Assembly (NCBI GenBank): GCA_002314915.1
Contig: DCHU01000041.1
Coordinates: 1 to 59,775 of the forward strand
Length of the DNA stretch: 59,775 nucleotides
DNA from: Bacillales bacterium UBA1744
GTDB taxonomy: Bacteria; Bacillota_I; Bacilli_A; RFN20; CAG-826
Direction of reading: 5' to 3'
The notes below the pieces were generated by a model, which was given only the letters and a program-made list of their open reading frames with translations, was not told where the DNA came from and did not search any database. The translations under genes were made by a program, and so were the position numbers. Shown here one piece after another: positions 19,385-29,706 of the stretch. Positions within the stretch are counted from its first letter, which is position 1, and each line of letters opens with the position of its first letter.

Positions 19385-19821
19385 GAATAGTCGTTATATC
19401 GGACACCCATGGCGATGATGAAGTCGTTAGAAAAGTGTTCTTAAGGGAGCAAAAGGCGGATGTCTTCCTCCATGCAGGCGATGTCTGTTCAATGCCAATA
19501 GAAGTTACGCCATTCATCTGCGTTAGAGGAAACTGCGATATGTTCTATCCTCAGTATCCATCGCATTTCTCAATGGATACAGAATATGGAAAGCTATACA
19601 TCCAGCATTACCCGAGAAGCAGATCAGAATTAAGCGATCTGAAGAAGGATGGAGTCACCATCTTCGTGCACGGGCACACGCACGTTAAAGAAATAAAGGA
19701 TTATGAGGGCGTTAAAGTCCTATGTCCCGGAAGTGCGTCTAGGCCTAGAGACGACTACGCATCATATATGGTTATTAAGACCAGCGAAAATGAAGTGGAA
19801 GTCGAGTTCAAACAAGTATGA
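19381..19821 (+). CDS. YfcE/MJ0936-family metallophosphoesterase
   Basis: Motifs VISDTHGD, HAGD, GNCD, HGHTH. ATGA overlap with the holA stop. Confidence 0.8.
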   Translation: MRIVVISDTHGDDEVVRKVFLREQKADVFLHAGDVCSMPIEVTPFICVRGNCDMFYPQYPSHFSMDTEYGKLYIQHYPRSRSELSDLKKDGVTIFVHGHTHVKEIKDYEGVKVLCPGSASRPRDDYASYMVIKTSENEVEVEFKQV

Positions 19822-19852
19822 AAAAAAGCCCAATCACTTGGGCTTATTTTTT
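19822..19852. terminator. Bidirectional terminator between the convergent phosphoesterase gene and rpsT
   Basis: A-run, AGCCCA-ATCACT-TGGGCT hairpin, T-run. Confidence 0.85.
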
Positions 19853-19870
19853 CGTTTGTAAATGCTTTAA

Positions 19871-20134
19871 TTAAGCAATAGCGTTGACGACTTTAGCGAG
19901 GTGGCCTTTCTTTCTGTTGCATGAGTTAACAGAGATGATGCCTGCCTGAGCAGCCTGATCAAGAAGGGAAGTTGCATTCTTGAGAGCTTCAGCAGCAGCA
20001 GCCTTATCGTTTGCAGCAGCAGCAGCTTCGACTTTCTTAATTGCAGTTCTTAATTCGCTCTTAGCTGCAGAATTCTTTTCGTTAGCAGCCTTATTTGTTG
20101 CGTCGCGCTTGATTTGGGATTTGATATTTGGCAT
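19871..20134 (-). CDS. rpsT: 30S ribosomal protein S20
   Basis: MPNIKSQIKR N-terminus, 87 aa, Ala/Lys-rich helical protein. Confidence 0.92.
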   Translation of the reverse strand: MPNIKSQIKRDATNKAANEKNSAAKSELRTAIKKVEAAAAANDKAAAAEALKNATSLLDQAAQAGIISVNSCNRKKGHLAKVVNAIA

Positions 20135-20205
20135 TGTTAATCTTCCTTTTCAATAAAAACTTTTTCAGCAATGGTGATTTTAGACTTATAGTCTATCTAA
20201 AACAA

Positions 20206-22227
20206 CTATTTTTTAACGTCATTTGCACCTTCGTGTCTAATTCTGAGCACTTCGGCAGCAAAATCGCGGACGGAACCGAGTTTTCCGAGCTTTTCAGTAG
20301 GAATCTCGAGCTCAAGTTGATCGTTAAGATCAGAGACCATTGAGATGTATGACATTGAGTCACCACCCAAGTCAACGGTCCAAATTGCGTCATCATCAAC
20401 CTGTTCTTCTGTAAGCATAAGGGTCTCAGCGAATATCTTTCTGATCTTTGCCAATGTTTCCTTAACTTCAGTTGGGTCGTACATGTCTAAGTTAGCGATC
20501 TGTCTCTTTTCTTCGAAACCTGTGACATCAGCAGAACCAGCGATGACCGCTTTCTTGATGTAAGCACGCTTGACTTTGATTCCGTTTGCAAGAGGCATGT
20601 CCTTCTTATAGACATAGAAGTCGACGACTTTCTTCTCAGAAGGTAATGAAGCGTTCACTCTATCGAGTGCAGCCTTAACTTCCTTCAATCCTTCACCGTT
20701 TACCATATTGTCGAGCTGGACAACGAGGGTGATTTTCTCTGTTGCGCCATCCTGGACTCCGAAGATTACAAGGTGAACGACATGTGGGATGTCCTTGAAG
20801 TAGTATTCAAGTTCATCAGGGAAGACGTTCTCACCGTTTGATGCGATGATGACATCTTTGTTTCTGCCTTTGATATAGCATCTTGAATCTTCTTTGATGA
20901 TTGCGATATCGCCGGTCTTTAAGTATCCATCTTCAGTGAACTCTGTCTCTTTATAGACGCCACCGATGATTTCAGCCTTATGAGTTGTAGCGGATTTGAT
21001 GAATAACTCACCTTCTCCATTTGTTGGGTTGCCCTCGCTATCAACGACTTTGAAGTCAAATCCATAGAATGGCTTACCGATTGAACCTAAGAGTCTGTCA
21101 TTAACATTTGGAGACATCTCAACGCATGCAACGCCGATTTCCGTCATACCGTATCCATTATATAATGGATATCCGATACCATTGACCAACTCCTGGGTTG
21201 TTGGGTTAAGATAACCACCGCCAGAGATACAGTATTCAACCTGTGGTCCGAAGACGCTCTTCTTAACGATTTTCTGGACAAAGCCGGATGCGGCCTTACC
21301 AGCTTCTTTCTTCTCGATCTTACCTAAGTTGTAGCCAACGATATTATCGAGGAGTTCTTCATATTTAGGACCCTTAAGTGCCATTGAGCGCTTAACTGTC
21401 TGAGCAATTCCGTCCCAAAGGAGTGGAACTGAGAAGATGTGTGTTGCTTTTCCTTTACGAATTGCGTAGAGGACATCCTTGGTGGATGTTGATGCAGGAT
21501 AGACGATTGCCTTTCCATACCATGAGAACCAGAGGAATACTGCGACGAATCCAAAGATATGGTGCAATGGAATCATTGCGAGGTTTCTGATCTTTCCTGG
21601 GTGAATTAAGGTTGTTGATCCATAATCGGCGATATTTCCTGCAGCAAGAATCTGATTTACGAGGTTTTCACCATCCCAAATGAGAATCTTTGCGTCTCCA
21701 GTCGTGCCTGATGAGCAGAAGAGAACGTTATTTGCCCAATTCTCAACAAATGTTGAGCATGGAGCAGCGTTAACGATGTCGTTGTATTTAACAAGTGGAA
21801 CATCGTATTCTTCAGCTTCATTTGCAACGATTGCGACGGCCTTTCCCTGTTTAACAAGGTTTGCTGTATTCTCTTTAGCAAGTCTTGCATCGATGAGAAG
21901 TGGACGATGTCCAGTCATTGCGATTGCCCAGAACAAGAGTGGCCATTCAGGGCTGTTCTTGTATTTAAGGGCGACTACTGAATCAAAAGGTGTTTTCTCA
22001 AGAATTGTTGAGAGTCTCTTAGCGAGGTCTGTAACCTTTTCAGCGTATTCTGAGTATTTATAGTGTTTTGCCTTTCCTTCTTCGGTGAAGTAGTAACAGC
22101 AAACGTTTTTCTTATTTGTTTCAACTATCTGGTGATAGATAGTTTTGAGTGATTTCTCCATGTTACAGAGTCTTTTGGACTTATCTGTAAATTCACGGAT
22201 CTGTTCAACTTTATAGTGTTTTGCCAT
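20206..22227 (-). CDS. AMP-dependent synthetase/ligase (ANL adenylation domain) fused to a C-terminal phosphopantetheine carrier domain
   Basis: Core motifs SSGTTGDAK, YGMTE, YLKTGD, GRNKDVII, NGIKVKR. Carrier motif DLGGDSMSY. ATG at 22227 is preceded by GGAGAAC. The upstream extension to 22317 has no RBS. Confidence 0.75.
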   Translation of the reverse strand: MAKHYKVEQIREFTDKSKRLCNMEKSLKTIYHQIVETNKKNVCCYYFTEEGKAKHYKYSEYAEKVTDLAKRLSTILEKTPFDSVVALKYKNSPEWPLLFWAIAMTGHRPLLIDARLAKENTANLVKQGKAVAIVANEAEEYDVPLVKYNDIVNAAPCSTFVENWANNVLFCSSGTTGDAKILIWDGENLVNQILAAGNIADYGSTTLIHPGKIRNLAMIPLHHIFGFVAVFLWFSWYGKAIVYPASTSTKDVLYAIRKGKATHIFSVPLLWDGIAQTVKRSMALKGPKYEELLDNIVGYNLGKIEKKEAGKAASGFVQKIVKKSVFGPQVEYCISGGGYLNPTTQELVNGIGYPLYNGYGMTEIGVACVEMSPNVNDRLLGSIGKPFYGFDFKVVDSEGNPTNGEGELFIKSATTHKAEIIGGVYKETEFTEDGYLKTGDIAIIKEDSRCYIKGRNKDVIIASNGENVFPDELEYYFKDIPHVVHLVIFGVQDGATEKITLVVQLDNMVNGEGLKEVKAALDRVNASLPSEKKVVDFYVYKKDMPLANGIKVKRAYIKKAVIAGSADVTGFEEKRQIANLDMYDPTEVKETLAKIRKIFAETLMLTEEQVDDDAIWTVDLGGDSMSYISMVSDLNDQLELEIPTEKLGKLGSVRDFAAEVLRIRHEGANDVKK

Positions 22228-22372
22228 AGTGGTTCTCCATTTCGCGAACGTGCATATAGTACTACATAACGCGAAGAAAGAAAGCAAAAAATGCGTCATT
22301 CGAAAGATTATCGTCACAATTTACCACAATTGCATATAGGAGTATAATTTGCTTTAGCAAGGAGGAGTGTTT

Positions 22373-23317
22373 ATGAAATACGCAGATAAAAAAGATGTTA
22401 AAGTCCTATTCTTAGGCACCCCAGAAATCGCCGCTAAGTCATTAAAGGCCATCATAGACGAAGGTTATGATGTTTTATGTGTTGTAACTCAGGAAGACAA
22501 GGAAACCGGCCGTAATAGAACGTTAGAGATGCCAGCATGTAAGAAAGTTGCTCTTTCTTATGGAATACCTGTATATCAGCCTCATCGCATAAGGAAAGAC
22601 TTCGAATTCGCAAAGTCAATGGATATCGATGTTATCGTTTGTATGGCATATGGACAGTTATTACCGGATGAGTTTTTGGCTTTAGCTAAGGTAGGCGCAA
22701 TCAATTTACATGGTTCATTACTGCCTGAATACCGTGGTGCAGCCCCGATTCAGAGATCCATTATGGATGGCAAAACCGAAACTGGCATAACCCTCATGGA
22801 AATGGTTCATGAGATGGATGCTGGGGATATGTATGACAAAGTCATAACTCCAATTGATCCAAACGATAATTACACATCATTAAATGGAAAATTGGGAGAT
22901 GACGCCGCAAAAATGATCGCGGTTGACCTCCTAAAATACGCAAACGGAGAACTTCCAGCTGTTCCTCAAGACGCGTCTAAGGTTACATTCGCCGAAAAGA
23001 TTCTCCCAGAAACCGAAAAACTTTCTCTCGAGATAAATTGTTCAAAATTTGTCAATTTAATCCGTGGAATGTCCGATACGCCTGGCGCTTATGTCATGCT
23101 TGAGGGCAAGAAACTTAAAATCTTCTCAGCCCACATATTCAGCGGGGATGTCGTGAAGGAAATCGGAGATATCGTCCCAAACAAGAAGTTGCTATTGGTG
23201 CAGCTTAACGACGGTATCGTTTCCCTTGATTCAGTCCAGTACGAAGGAAAGAAGAAGATGGATGGCACATCATTTAAAAATGGTGCGCGCCTGGGCGAAA
23301 ACGCAAAAGTTGAATAA
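22373..23317 (+). CDS. fmt: Methionyl-tRNA formyltransferase
   Basis: FLGTPE N-terminus, HGSLLPEYRGAAPIQ motif. ATG lies 7 nt after GGAGG (22361-22365). Confidence 0.92.
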   Translation: MKYADKKDVKVLFLGTPEIAAKSLKAIIDEGYDVLCVVTQEDKETGRNRTLEMPACKKVALSYGIPVYQPHRIRKDFEFAKSMDIDVIVCMAYGQLLPDEFLALAKVGAINLHGSLLPEYRGAAPIQRSIMDGKTETGITLMEMVHEMDAGDMYDKVITPIDPNDNYTSLNGKLGDDAAKMIAVDLLKYANGELPAVPQDASKVTFAEKILPETEKLSLEINCSKFVNLIRGMSDTPGAYVMLEGKKLKIFSAHIFSGDVVKEIGDIVPNKKLLLVQLNDGIVSLDSVQYEGKKKMDGTSFKNGARLGENAKVE

Positions 23318-23319
23318 TA

Positions 23320-25662
23320 ATGGCGGAAATAAGGGATCTCACCTTATCGGTTCACCAGCTTGTTGACTTCCTGCTACGTGAAGGCGATATAGACAATAGA
23401 GTTTATAACAGCGACACAATGGCCATGGGTTCTAAGATCCATGCAGCTTTTCAGCATAAGCAGGGCAATGAGTATCTATCAGAAGTATATCTCAAAGAAA
23501 CATTTCTTAGAGAAGACGCTAAAGTAACCATCGAAGGTAGGGCTGACGGCATCATTATTGGCCAAAAGTACCCGATAATTGATGAAATCAAATCAACAGT
23601 GGCCCCTTTAGATGTCTTCTATAACGAGCAAAAGGAATGGCATTTAGCGCAGGCAAAATGCTATGCCCTAATGTATTGCCACGACAAAAAACTCGATAAA
23701 GCAGTGGTTCGTTTAACCTATATCAGTCAGATCGATGACTCGAGAATGATGAAGGAATTCACCTATTCAGTTGACGAATTATTGAGCGATACCATAGCTT
23801 TGATTGACGAGTATTTAGCGTTCCAAAGACAACAGTTCAAACACATTGAGGAACGCAATAAATCAGCAAAAACACTCAAGTTCCCATACAAGGATTTTAG
23901 ACCAGGCCAAAGGGAAATGGCAAAGTATGCCTACAGCGTTGCCAAGAAGGGCGGAGTTTTCTTCTGCGAAGCTCCAACAGGCATCGGAAAAACCATGTCT
24001 ACCCTTTATCCATCAGTGACCGCTTTTGGTTCAACAAAGAACGAAAAGGTATTCTACTTAACCGCAAAAGCATCAGGTAGATTATCCGCATTTGACGCAA
24101 TGACAAAACTATATGAGGCAGGATTCCACGGCCGCGATTCTTTAATCATGGCCAAAGACAAGATATGCCCTAATCCTGGCGCGGCTTGCAATCCGGATGA
24201 ATGTCCTTTTGCAAAGAGTTATTATTCAAAACTTCGCGCAGTTACCAAAGAAGCGTTGGAAACTAATCAAAGATTCTCAACTGACTTTGTCAGAGAAATT
24301 GCAAGACAATATGAAATGTGCCCATTTGAGCTACAATTAGACCTTTCTTTATGGGCGGATGTCATCATCTTGGACTACAACTATTTCTTCGATCCAATCG
24401 TCTACTTGCAGAGGTACTTTGACGATACGGTAGACTCATCTAATTTCGTTATGCTTATCGATGAGGCACACAACCTCATAGACAGAGGCAGATCAGCATA
24501 TTCAGAATCCATAAACACCGATTTGATCACAGATGTCAAAAAGAGCCTCAAGAAGCATAAAGTACAGAAGATAAAGAACGCCTTAAACAAACTCAAGACA
24601 TCGCTTGAATTCGAAGATTTAAACATCGGGGATTCAAGGAGATTAACCGAGATTCCTAAACCGGTTGTTAAGGCTTTAGATGCGATTCAGAAGGCTCACA
24701 TAGCCATGAACAAAGAGCCACACCCAAGCCTTGGAGACTCTTATGCTGAACTTGGAAGAAGGTGTCATAGATTCTCTTTCATTGACGAGAATTATGCACA
24801 AAATACAACACTATACGCAAGACGCTTTGGAAACAACTATTCGCTTGAACTTTACTGCGAGGATCCAAGCCCAATGCTTAGAGATTGCCTGATGAAAGTA
24901 AAAGGGGCGGTTATCTTTTCTGCGACCTTGCAGCCAATCGATTACTACATGGATGCCTTGCTTGGCGACAAGTCGTTCCCATACCTGATCCTTCCATCGC
25001 CTTTCCCGGAAGAGAATTTCGATTTGATGATCGCTCCAATGGTCTCGACCAGGTACAAAGACAGAGAAAAGACCTATGATGAGGTCGCAAAGTATCTCAA
25101 GGAATTCGTTTCCGCTAGGACAGGTAACTATTTCATCTATTTCCCGTCATACGAGTATTTAGACAACATCAGACCATACCTTGACTTCGGGGATGCCGAT
25201 GTTTTCGAGCAGGAAAGAGACATGAACGACGATGAGAAGACTTTGTTCTTATCGCGTTTCCTCCCAAATCCAGAAAACACAACCGTCGGATTACTCATTA
25301 TCGGAGGCTCATTCTCTGAAGGAATCGACTTAGTCGATGATAGATTAATCGGAGTAGGGGTTGTCGGCATCGGTCTCGCCCAAATCTGCTTTGAGAAAGA
25401 ACTTATCCGCGAATTCTATGAAAAAAAGAACGGCAATGGTTTCGAATACTCATACATGAATCCTGGAGTTAACAAAGTTATGCAGGCGGTTGGAAGATTA
25501 ATCCGCTCAGAAAACGACCGTGGAGCGGCCCTTTTAATCGATGATAGATATATGAAGTCCGAGTACCGAGAACTCTTTGCTAGGACCTGGAAAGGCTACA
25601 ATTTGGTCACATCTGTCGAGGATGTTAAAGAAAATATTCATAATTTCTATAAGAAAAACTGA
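23320..25662 (+). CDS. Fusion of an N-terminal PD-(D/E)XK nuclease-like domain with an XPD/DinG (Rad3) family Fe-S DNA helicase
   Basis: Nuclease-like GRADG...IIDEIKS. Walker A EAPTGIGKT. Four-Cys cluster ICP..AAC..DEC..EMCPFE. DEAH box IDEAHNL. C-terminal helicase motifs GGSFSEGID and QAVGRLIRS. Confidence 0.75.
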   Translation: MAEIRDLTLSVHQLVDFLLREGDIDNRVYNSDTMAMGSKIHAAFQHKQGNEYLSEVYLKETFLREDAKVTIEGRADGIIIGQKYPIIDEIKSTVAPLDVFYNEQKEWHLAQAKCYALMYCHDKKLDKAVVRLTYISQIDDSRMMKEFTYSVDELLSDTIALIDEYLAFQRQQFKHIEERNKSAKTLKFPYKDFRPGQREMAKYAYSVAKKGGVFFCEAPTGIGKTMSTLYPSVTAFGSTKNEKVFYLTAKASGRLSAFDAMTKLYEAGFHGRDSLIMAKDKICPNPGAACNPDECPFAKSYYSKLRAVTKEALETNQRFSTDFVREIARQYEMCPFELQLDLSLWADVIILDYNYFFDPIVYLQRYFDDTVDSSNFVMLIDEAHNLIDRGRSAYSESINTDLITDVKKSLKKHKVQKIKNALNKLKTSLEFEDLNIGDSRRLTEIPKPVVKALDAIQKAHIAMNKEPHPSLGDSYAELGRRCHRFSFIDENYAQNTTLYARRFGNNYSLELYCEDPSPMLRDCLMKVKGAVIFSATLQPIDYYMDALLGDKSFPYLILPSPFPEENFDLMIAPMVSTRYKDREKTYDEVAKYLKEFVSARTGNYFIYFPSYEYLDNIRPYLDFGDADVFEQERDMNDDEKTLFLSRFLPNPENTTVGLLIIGGSFSEGIDLVDDRLIGVGVVGIGLAQICFEKELIREFYEKKNGNGFEYSYMNPGVNKVMQAVGRLIRSENDRGAALLIDDRYMKSEYRELFARTWKGYNLVTSVEDVKENIHNFYKKN

Positions 25663-25674
25663 GTTTAATGTATA

Positions 25675-27504
25675 ATGTCGCGGGTAAAACTTATGCCATT
25701 CGACAAATCACACATTAGAAATTTCAGTGTTATCGCTCATATCGACCATGGAAAGTCGACTCTTTGCGATCGAATTTTAGAGTCCACAGGAACCGTTGAA
25801 AAACGTGAAATGAAGGCTCAATTACTCGACGACATGGAGCTTGAAAGAGAGCGTGGAATCACTATCAAACTGAACGCGGTTACAGTTTCATATACCGCAA
25901 AAGATGGGGAGAAATACATCTTCAACCTCATCGACACTCCTGGACACGTCGACTTCTCATACGAAGTATCTCGTTCTTTAGCGGCTTGTGAAGGCGCGCT
26001 TTTGGTCGTTGACGCAACGCAGGGAGTTGAGGCTCAAACACTCGCAAATGTTTACCTCGCAATCGACAACGACTTAATGGTCATCCCAGTTATTAATAAA
26101 ATCGACTTACCTTCCGCACAGATTAATATGTGCAAAGAGGAAATCGAGACAAGAATCGGATTATCAACAACCGACTGTTCATTAGTATCTGCCAAAACAG
26201 GCATCGGCATTCAGGACATGCTTGAGAAAGTGGTGGAACTTGTTCCTCCGCCATCAGGCGATGTCTCAAATCCACTTGAAGCTCTCATTTTCGATAGCTA
26301 TTACGACTCCTATAGAGGCGTTGTTGTCTTAATCAGAGTAAAGAACGGCTCCGTCAAACCTGGAGACAAGATTCTCCTTATGGCGGCAAACAAGGTGTAC
26401 ACAGTCACAGAAGTCGGCATCAGAACGCCAAAAGAAGTCTCAACATCCCAGTTGGATGCAGGCGAAGTAGGATACTTAACCGCAACAATCAAGGACATCA
26501 GAGACGTCTTCCCAGGCGAAACTATCACCCTCGCTGATAGGCCTGCAGCCCAGCCATTGCCAGGTTATAGAAAGATCAACCCAATGGTTTATTGCGGTCT
26601 CTATCCAGTTGAGTCCCAGAAGTACCAAGACTTAAAAGACGCATTAGGTAAGCTTTGCTTAAATGACGCTTCATTAACGTTCGAACCTGAATCATCCAAG
26701 GCTTTAGGCTTCGGTTTCCGCGCAGGATTCCTCGGCTTATTACACATGGACGTCATCCAGGAAAGACTCGAAAGAGAATATGGTTTGAACCTCATTCTCA
26801 CGGCTCCATCTGTTCAGTACAAAATCGATTTGACCGACGGAACAACAATTACAATCGACAACCCTGCAGACTTGCCAGACGTCCAGAAAATCAGATGCAT
26901 CAAAGAGCCTTTCGTCAAGGCGAGCATCATGACTCCAAAAGACTATGTCGGACCAATCATGCAGTTATGTCAGGAAAGAAGGGGTGTCTATATAGACTTA
27001 GACTACTTCGATGACACAAGAGTTATCGTCAAGTATTACATCCCGCTTTCAGAAATCATCTTCAATTTCTTCGACAAGCTCAAATCCGCAACAAAGGGTT
27101 ATGCTTCACTTGACTATGAAATGGATGAATACAAACAGTCCGAATTAGCGAAGATGGATATCATGCTAAATGGCGATATCATCGACGCTTTATCAATCAT
27201 CGTCTATAGATCAGACGCATATAAGAGAGGCATCACCATCGTTCAGAAACTTAAGGAAATCATCCCTAAGCAGCAGTTCGAGGTCCCTGTCCAGGCAAGT
27301 ATCGGCGGCAAAGTCATTGCCCGTGCCGATATCCGCTCAATGAGAAAAGACGTCTTAGCGAAGTGCTACGGCGGTGATATCTCACGTAAGAAGAAACTCC
27401 TCGAGAAGCAGAAAGAGGGTAAGAAGAGAATGAAAGCCATTGGATCCGTTGAGGTCCCACAGGAGGCATTCATGTCAGTCTTGTCTCTCGATGATGAGGA
27501 TTAG
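25675..27504 (+). CDS. lepA: Translation elongation factor 4 (LepA)
   Basis: [28 protein letters not shown], and the LepA-specific C-terminal domain. Confidence 0.95.
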   Translation: MSRVKLMPFDKSHIRNFSVIAHIDHGKSTLCDRILESTGTVEKREMKAQLLDDMELERERGITIKLNAVTVSYTAKDGEKYIFNLIDTPGHVDFSYEVSRSLAACEGALLVVDATQGVEAQTLANVYLAIDNDLMVIPVINKIDLPSAQINMCKEEIETRIGLSTTDCSLVSAKTGIGIQDMLEKVVELVPPPSGDVSNPLEALIFDSYYDSYRGVVVLIRVKNGSVKPGDKILLMAANKVYTVTEVGIRTPKEVSTSQLDAGEVGYLTATIKDIRDVFPGETITLADRPAAQPLPGYRKINPMVYCGLYPVESQKYQDLKDALGKLCLNDASLTFEPESSKALGFGFRAGFLGLLHMDVIQERLEREYGLNLILTAPSVQYKIDLTDGTTITIDNPADLPDVQKIRCIKEPFVKASIMTPKDYVGPIMQLCQERRGVYIDLDYFDDTRVIVKYYIPLSEIIFNFFDKLKSATKGYASLDYEMDEYKQSELAKMDIMLNGDIIDALSIIVYRSDAYKRGITIVQKLKEIIPKQQFEVPVQASIGGKVIARADIRSMRKDVLAKCYGGDISRKKKLLEKQKEGKKRMKAIGSVEVPQEAFMSVLSLDDED

Positions 27505-27539
27505 TTGTCATAGAGTATTTACTCTACTATTATTAATGT

Positions 27540-28307
27540 ATGAAACTTTCAGTTATATTCCCGGTAAAAAACCAATCGGAAAAGCTTTTTAAGAACATCA
27601 AAGAGAAGGCTCTTCCATATTACAGTGCATTAGGCATTGATTTTGAGATTGTCGTTGTAACAGATGCTAGCAACGAAGAAAACCAGAACATCGCCCTAGA
27701 AGAAATGAAGTCGATGCCTGAGAACGTCGTCCTTGCGCCATATGACAACCATCCAGGAAAAGGACACAACGTCAATAAGGGCATACTCGTCTCAACAGGT
27801 GATTATGTCTTATTCATGGACGCGGATCTTGCAACAGACCTCAAAACAACCGAGGAAATGCTCAAAGTCCTCGATAAATATGACGCTCAGATTGCATCTA
27901 GACACATGAAGGGCGCAACGATTGTCGTTAAGCAGACCGCCAAGAGAAGATTCATCTCCTGGGGCTCTAGAGTCTTGACCAAGATGATGTTCCGTTTCAA
28001 GGTTCATGATACTCAATGCGGATTCAAGCTCTTTAGAGCTGATATCGCAAAAGAGATGGCTAAACGCCAGACAATCGACGGATTCGCATTCGACATTGAA
28101 TATTTATATTTCCTTAAGCTCAACGGCTTTACGGTTAATGAAGTCCCATGCGTTTGGACAGACGATGAGGATTCAACCATCAAGAAGGCTACCAGAACCA
28201 GCTGGAATTTCTTCAAAGAGATGGTTCGAATCAAAAAGAACAAAAAGAATTTAAGACTCACCAGTGAGGAACTAGCCAAGTTCAAGGAGGCACCAGCATG
28301 CCATTAA
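27540..28307 (+). CDS. GT2-family glycosyltransferase (polyprenyl-phosphate sugar transferase-like)
   Basis: SVIFPVKN N-terminus, DxD motif MDADL, QCGFKLF motif. 3' end overlaps the obg start by 10 nt. Confidence 0.8.
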   Translation: MKLSVIFPVKNQSEKLFKNIKEKALPYYSALGIDFEIVVVTDASNEENQNIALEEMKSMPENVVLAPYDNHPGKGHNVNKGILVSTGDYVLFMDADLATDLKTTEEMLKVLDKYDAQIASRHMKGATIVVKQTAKRRFISWGSRVLTKMMFRFKVHDTQCGFKLFRADIAKEMAKRQTIDGFAFDIEYLYFLKLNGFTVNEVPCVWTDDEDSTIKKATRTSWNFFKEMVRIKKNKKNLRLTSEELAKFKEAPACH

Positions 28308-29584
28308 TTGATCACGTAACAATCGAAGTAAGAAGCGGAAAGGGTGGCGACGGCCACATTTCTTTCTTGCACGATAAAGTTTCTGAATGGGGTGGACCAG
28401 ACGGCGGCAATGGCGGTCGTGGTGGTTCCATTTACCTCATCGCATGCAGAAACATCAATAACTTATTCCGTTATCGTCACTCATATTGCGCAATCGCAGA
28501 GGATGGCGAAGTCGGAAAAAAGAAAAACATGTACGGACACAACGCTCCAGACATATATATCGAAGTCCCAGTAGGCACGGTTGCTTACTTGCAGGAAGGC
28601 CACAGATTGATTGCTGACCTCAAGAAAGAGGGAGATACCGTAATGGTTGCCAAAGGTGGCCGTGGAGGAAGAGGAAACGCTTGCTTCAAATCATCCCGCA
28701 ACCGCATTCCAAGAATCGGCGAAAACGGACATCCAGGAGAAGTTAAGAGACTTATCCTAGAGCTTAAGTCAGTCGCGGATGCCGGTATCATCGGATTCCC
28801 ATCCGTCGGTAAATCAACATTTTTAAATGTTGTATCTAGAGCAAACGTTCAGGCGGCAGATTATTGGTTCACAACAAAAGAGCCAAACTTAGGCGTTGTT
28901 GACTTAGGAAATGGCCGTTCATTCGTCTTGGCGGATATGCCAGGATTAATCGAAGGCGCTCACGAAGGAAAAGGACTCGGATTGGAGTTCTTACGCCACA
29001 TCGAGAGATGCCGTGTCTTAATCCATTTCGTCTCCATGTCAGGCGAAAGAGACCCATTTGAGGATTACACAATCATCAACGAGGAACTCAAAGGCTATGG
29101 CGCTAACCTAGACCAGAGACCTCAGATTGTTGTCGCAACAAAAATGGACGAAGAAGGGGCAGAGGAGAGAAAAGCCGAATTCGACAAGAAGATCGGATTT
29201 GAATCGCTCCCATTATCCGCACTTACCCACCAGGGCGTTGATAAGCTCTTAAACGAGGCAAAGAACTTGATCGATATCACTCCGGACTTCCCACTCAAAG
29301 GCCAGACCGAAGAATCGGGAATCAAAGTTTACGACGCTCATATCGATGGAGCACGCCAAGAACACGAATTCGAGATTGTCTCCGAAGGAGCACGTGCTTG
29401 GAGAATCATCGGACAGCAGGTTATTAAGACCTATAGACTCATCAACGTTTCGACTGATGAGGGTATCTCAAAACTTGTTAAATACTTAGATAAGTTAGGA
29501 ATCGAAGAAGAATTAGAGAGGCAGGGCGCCAAAAATGGCGATACCGTCTACATCGACGACTTCGCATTCGAATATTTCAACTAA
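28298..29584 (+). CDS. obg: GTPase Obg/CgtA
   Basis: Gly-rich Obg fold GKGGDG and GGRGG. G1 GFPSVGKST, G3 DMPGLIEGA, G4 ATKMD. C-terminal OCT domain. Confidence 0.95.
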   Translation: MPLIDHVTIEVRSGKGGDGHISFLHDKVSEWGGPDGGNGGRGGSIYLIACRNINNLFRYRHSYCAIAEDGEVGKKKNMYGHNAPDIYIEVPVGTVAYLQEGHRLIADLKKEGDTVMVAKGGRGGRGNACFKSSRNRIPRIGENGHPGEVKRLILELKSVADAGIIGFPSVGKSTFLNVVSRANVQAADYWFTTKEPNLGVVDLGNGRSFVLADMPGLIEGAHEGKGLGLEFLRHIERCRVLIHFVSMSGERDPFEDYTIINEELKGYGANLDQRPQIVVATKMDEEGAEERKAEFDKKIGFESLPLSALTHQGVDKLLNEAKNLIDITPDFPLKGQTEESGIKVYDAHIDGARQEHEFEIVSEGARAWRIIGQQVIKTYRLINVSTDEGISKLVKYLDKLGIEEELERQGAKNGDTVYIDDFAFEYFN

Positions 29585-29600
29585 AGGAGGGATGTCTTAG

Positions 29601-29699
29601 ATGAACGAGAAGAACAAGGGATTCATCATCGCCGCATTGTCGCTTTCCGGCAGCGCGATTTTATCGCTTGTCATCTTGCTCGCGCTCTTCTTGGGCTAA
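29601..29699 (+). CDS. Candidate 32-aa small membrane protein (MNEKNKGFIIAALSLSGSAILSLVILLALFLG)
   Basis: Below the ORF-track length cut-off. AAAGGAGGG RBS about 10 nt upstream. One hydrophobic helix after a charged N-terminus. Fills the obg-ruvA gap, with its stop 7 nt before the ruvA ATG. Confidence 0.4.
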   Translation: MNEKNKGFIIAALSLSGSAILSLVILLALFLG

Positions 29700-29706
29700 A
29701 TGACGT

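Noticed and set aside
27511-27526. The TAGAGTA-TT-TACTCTA palindrome after lepA as a terminator.
   Set aside because: The stem is AT-rich with a 2-nt loop and no following T-run. It may be a weak structure or chance, so it is not listed as a feature.
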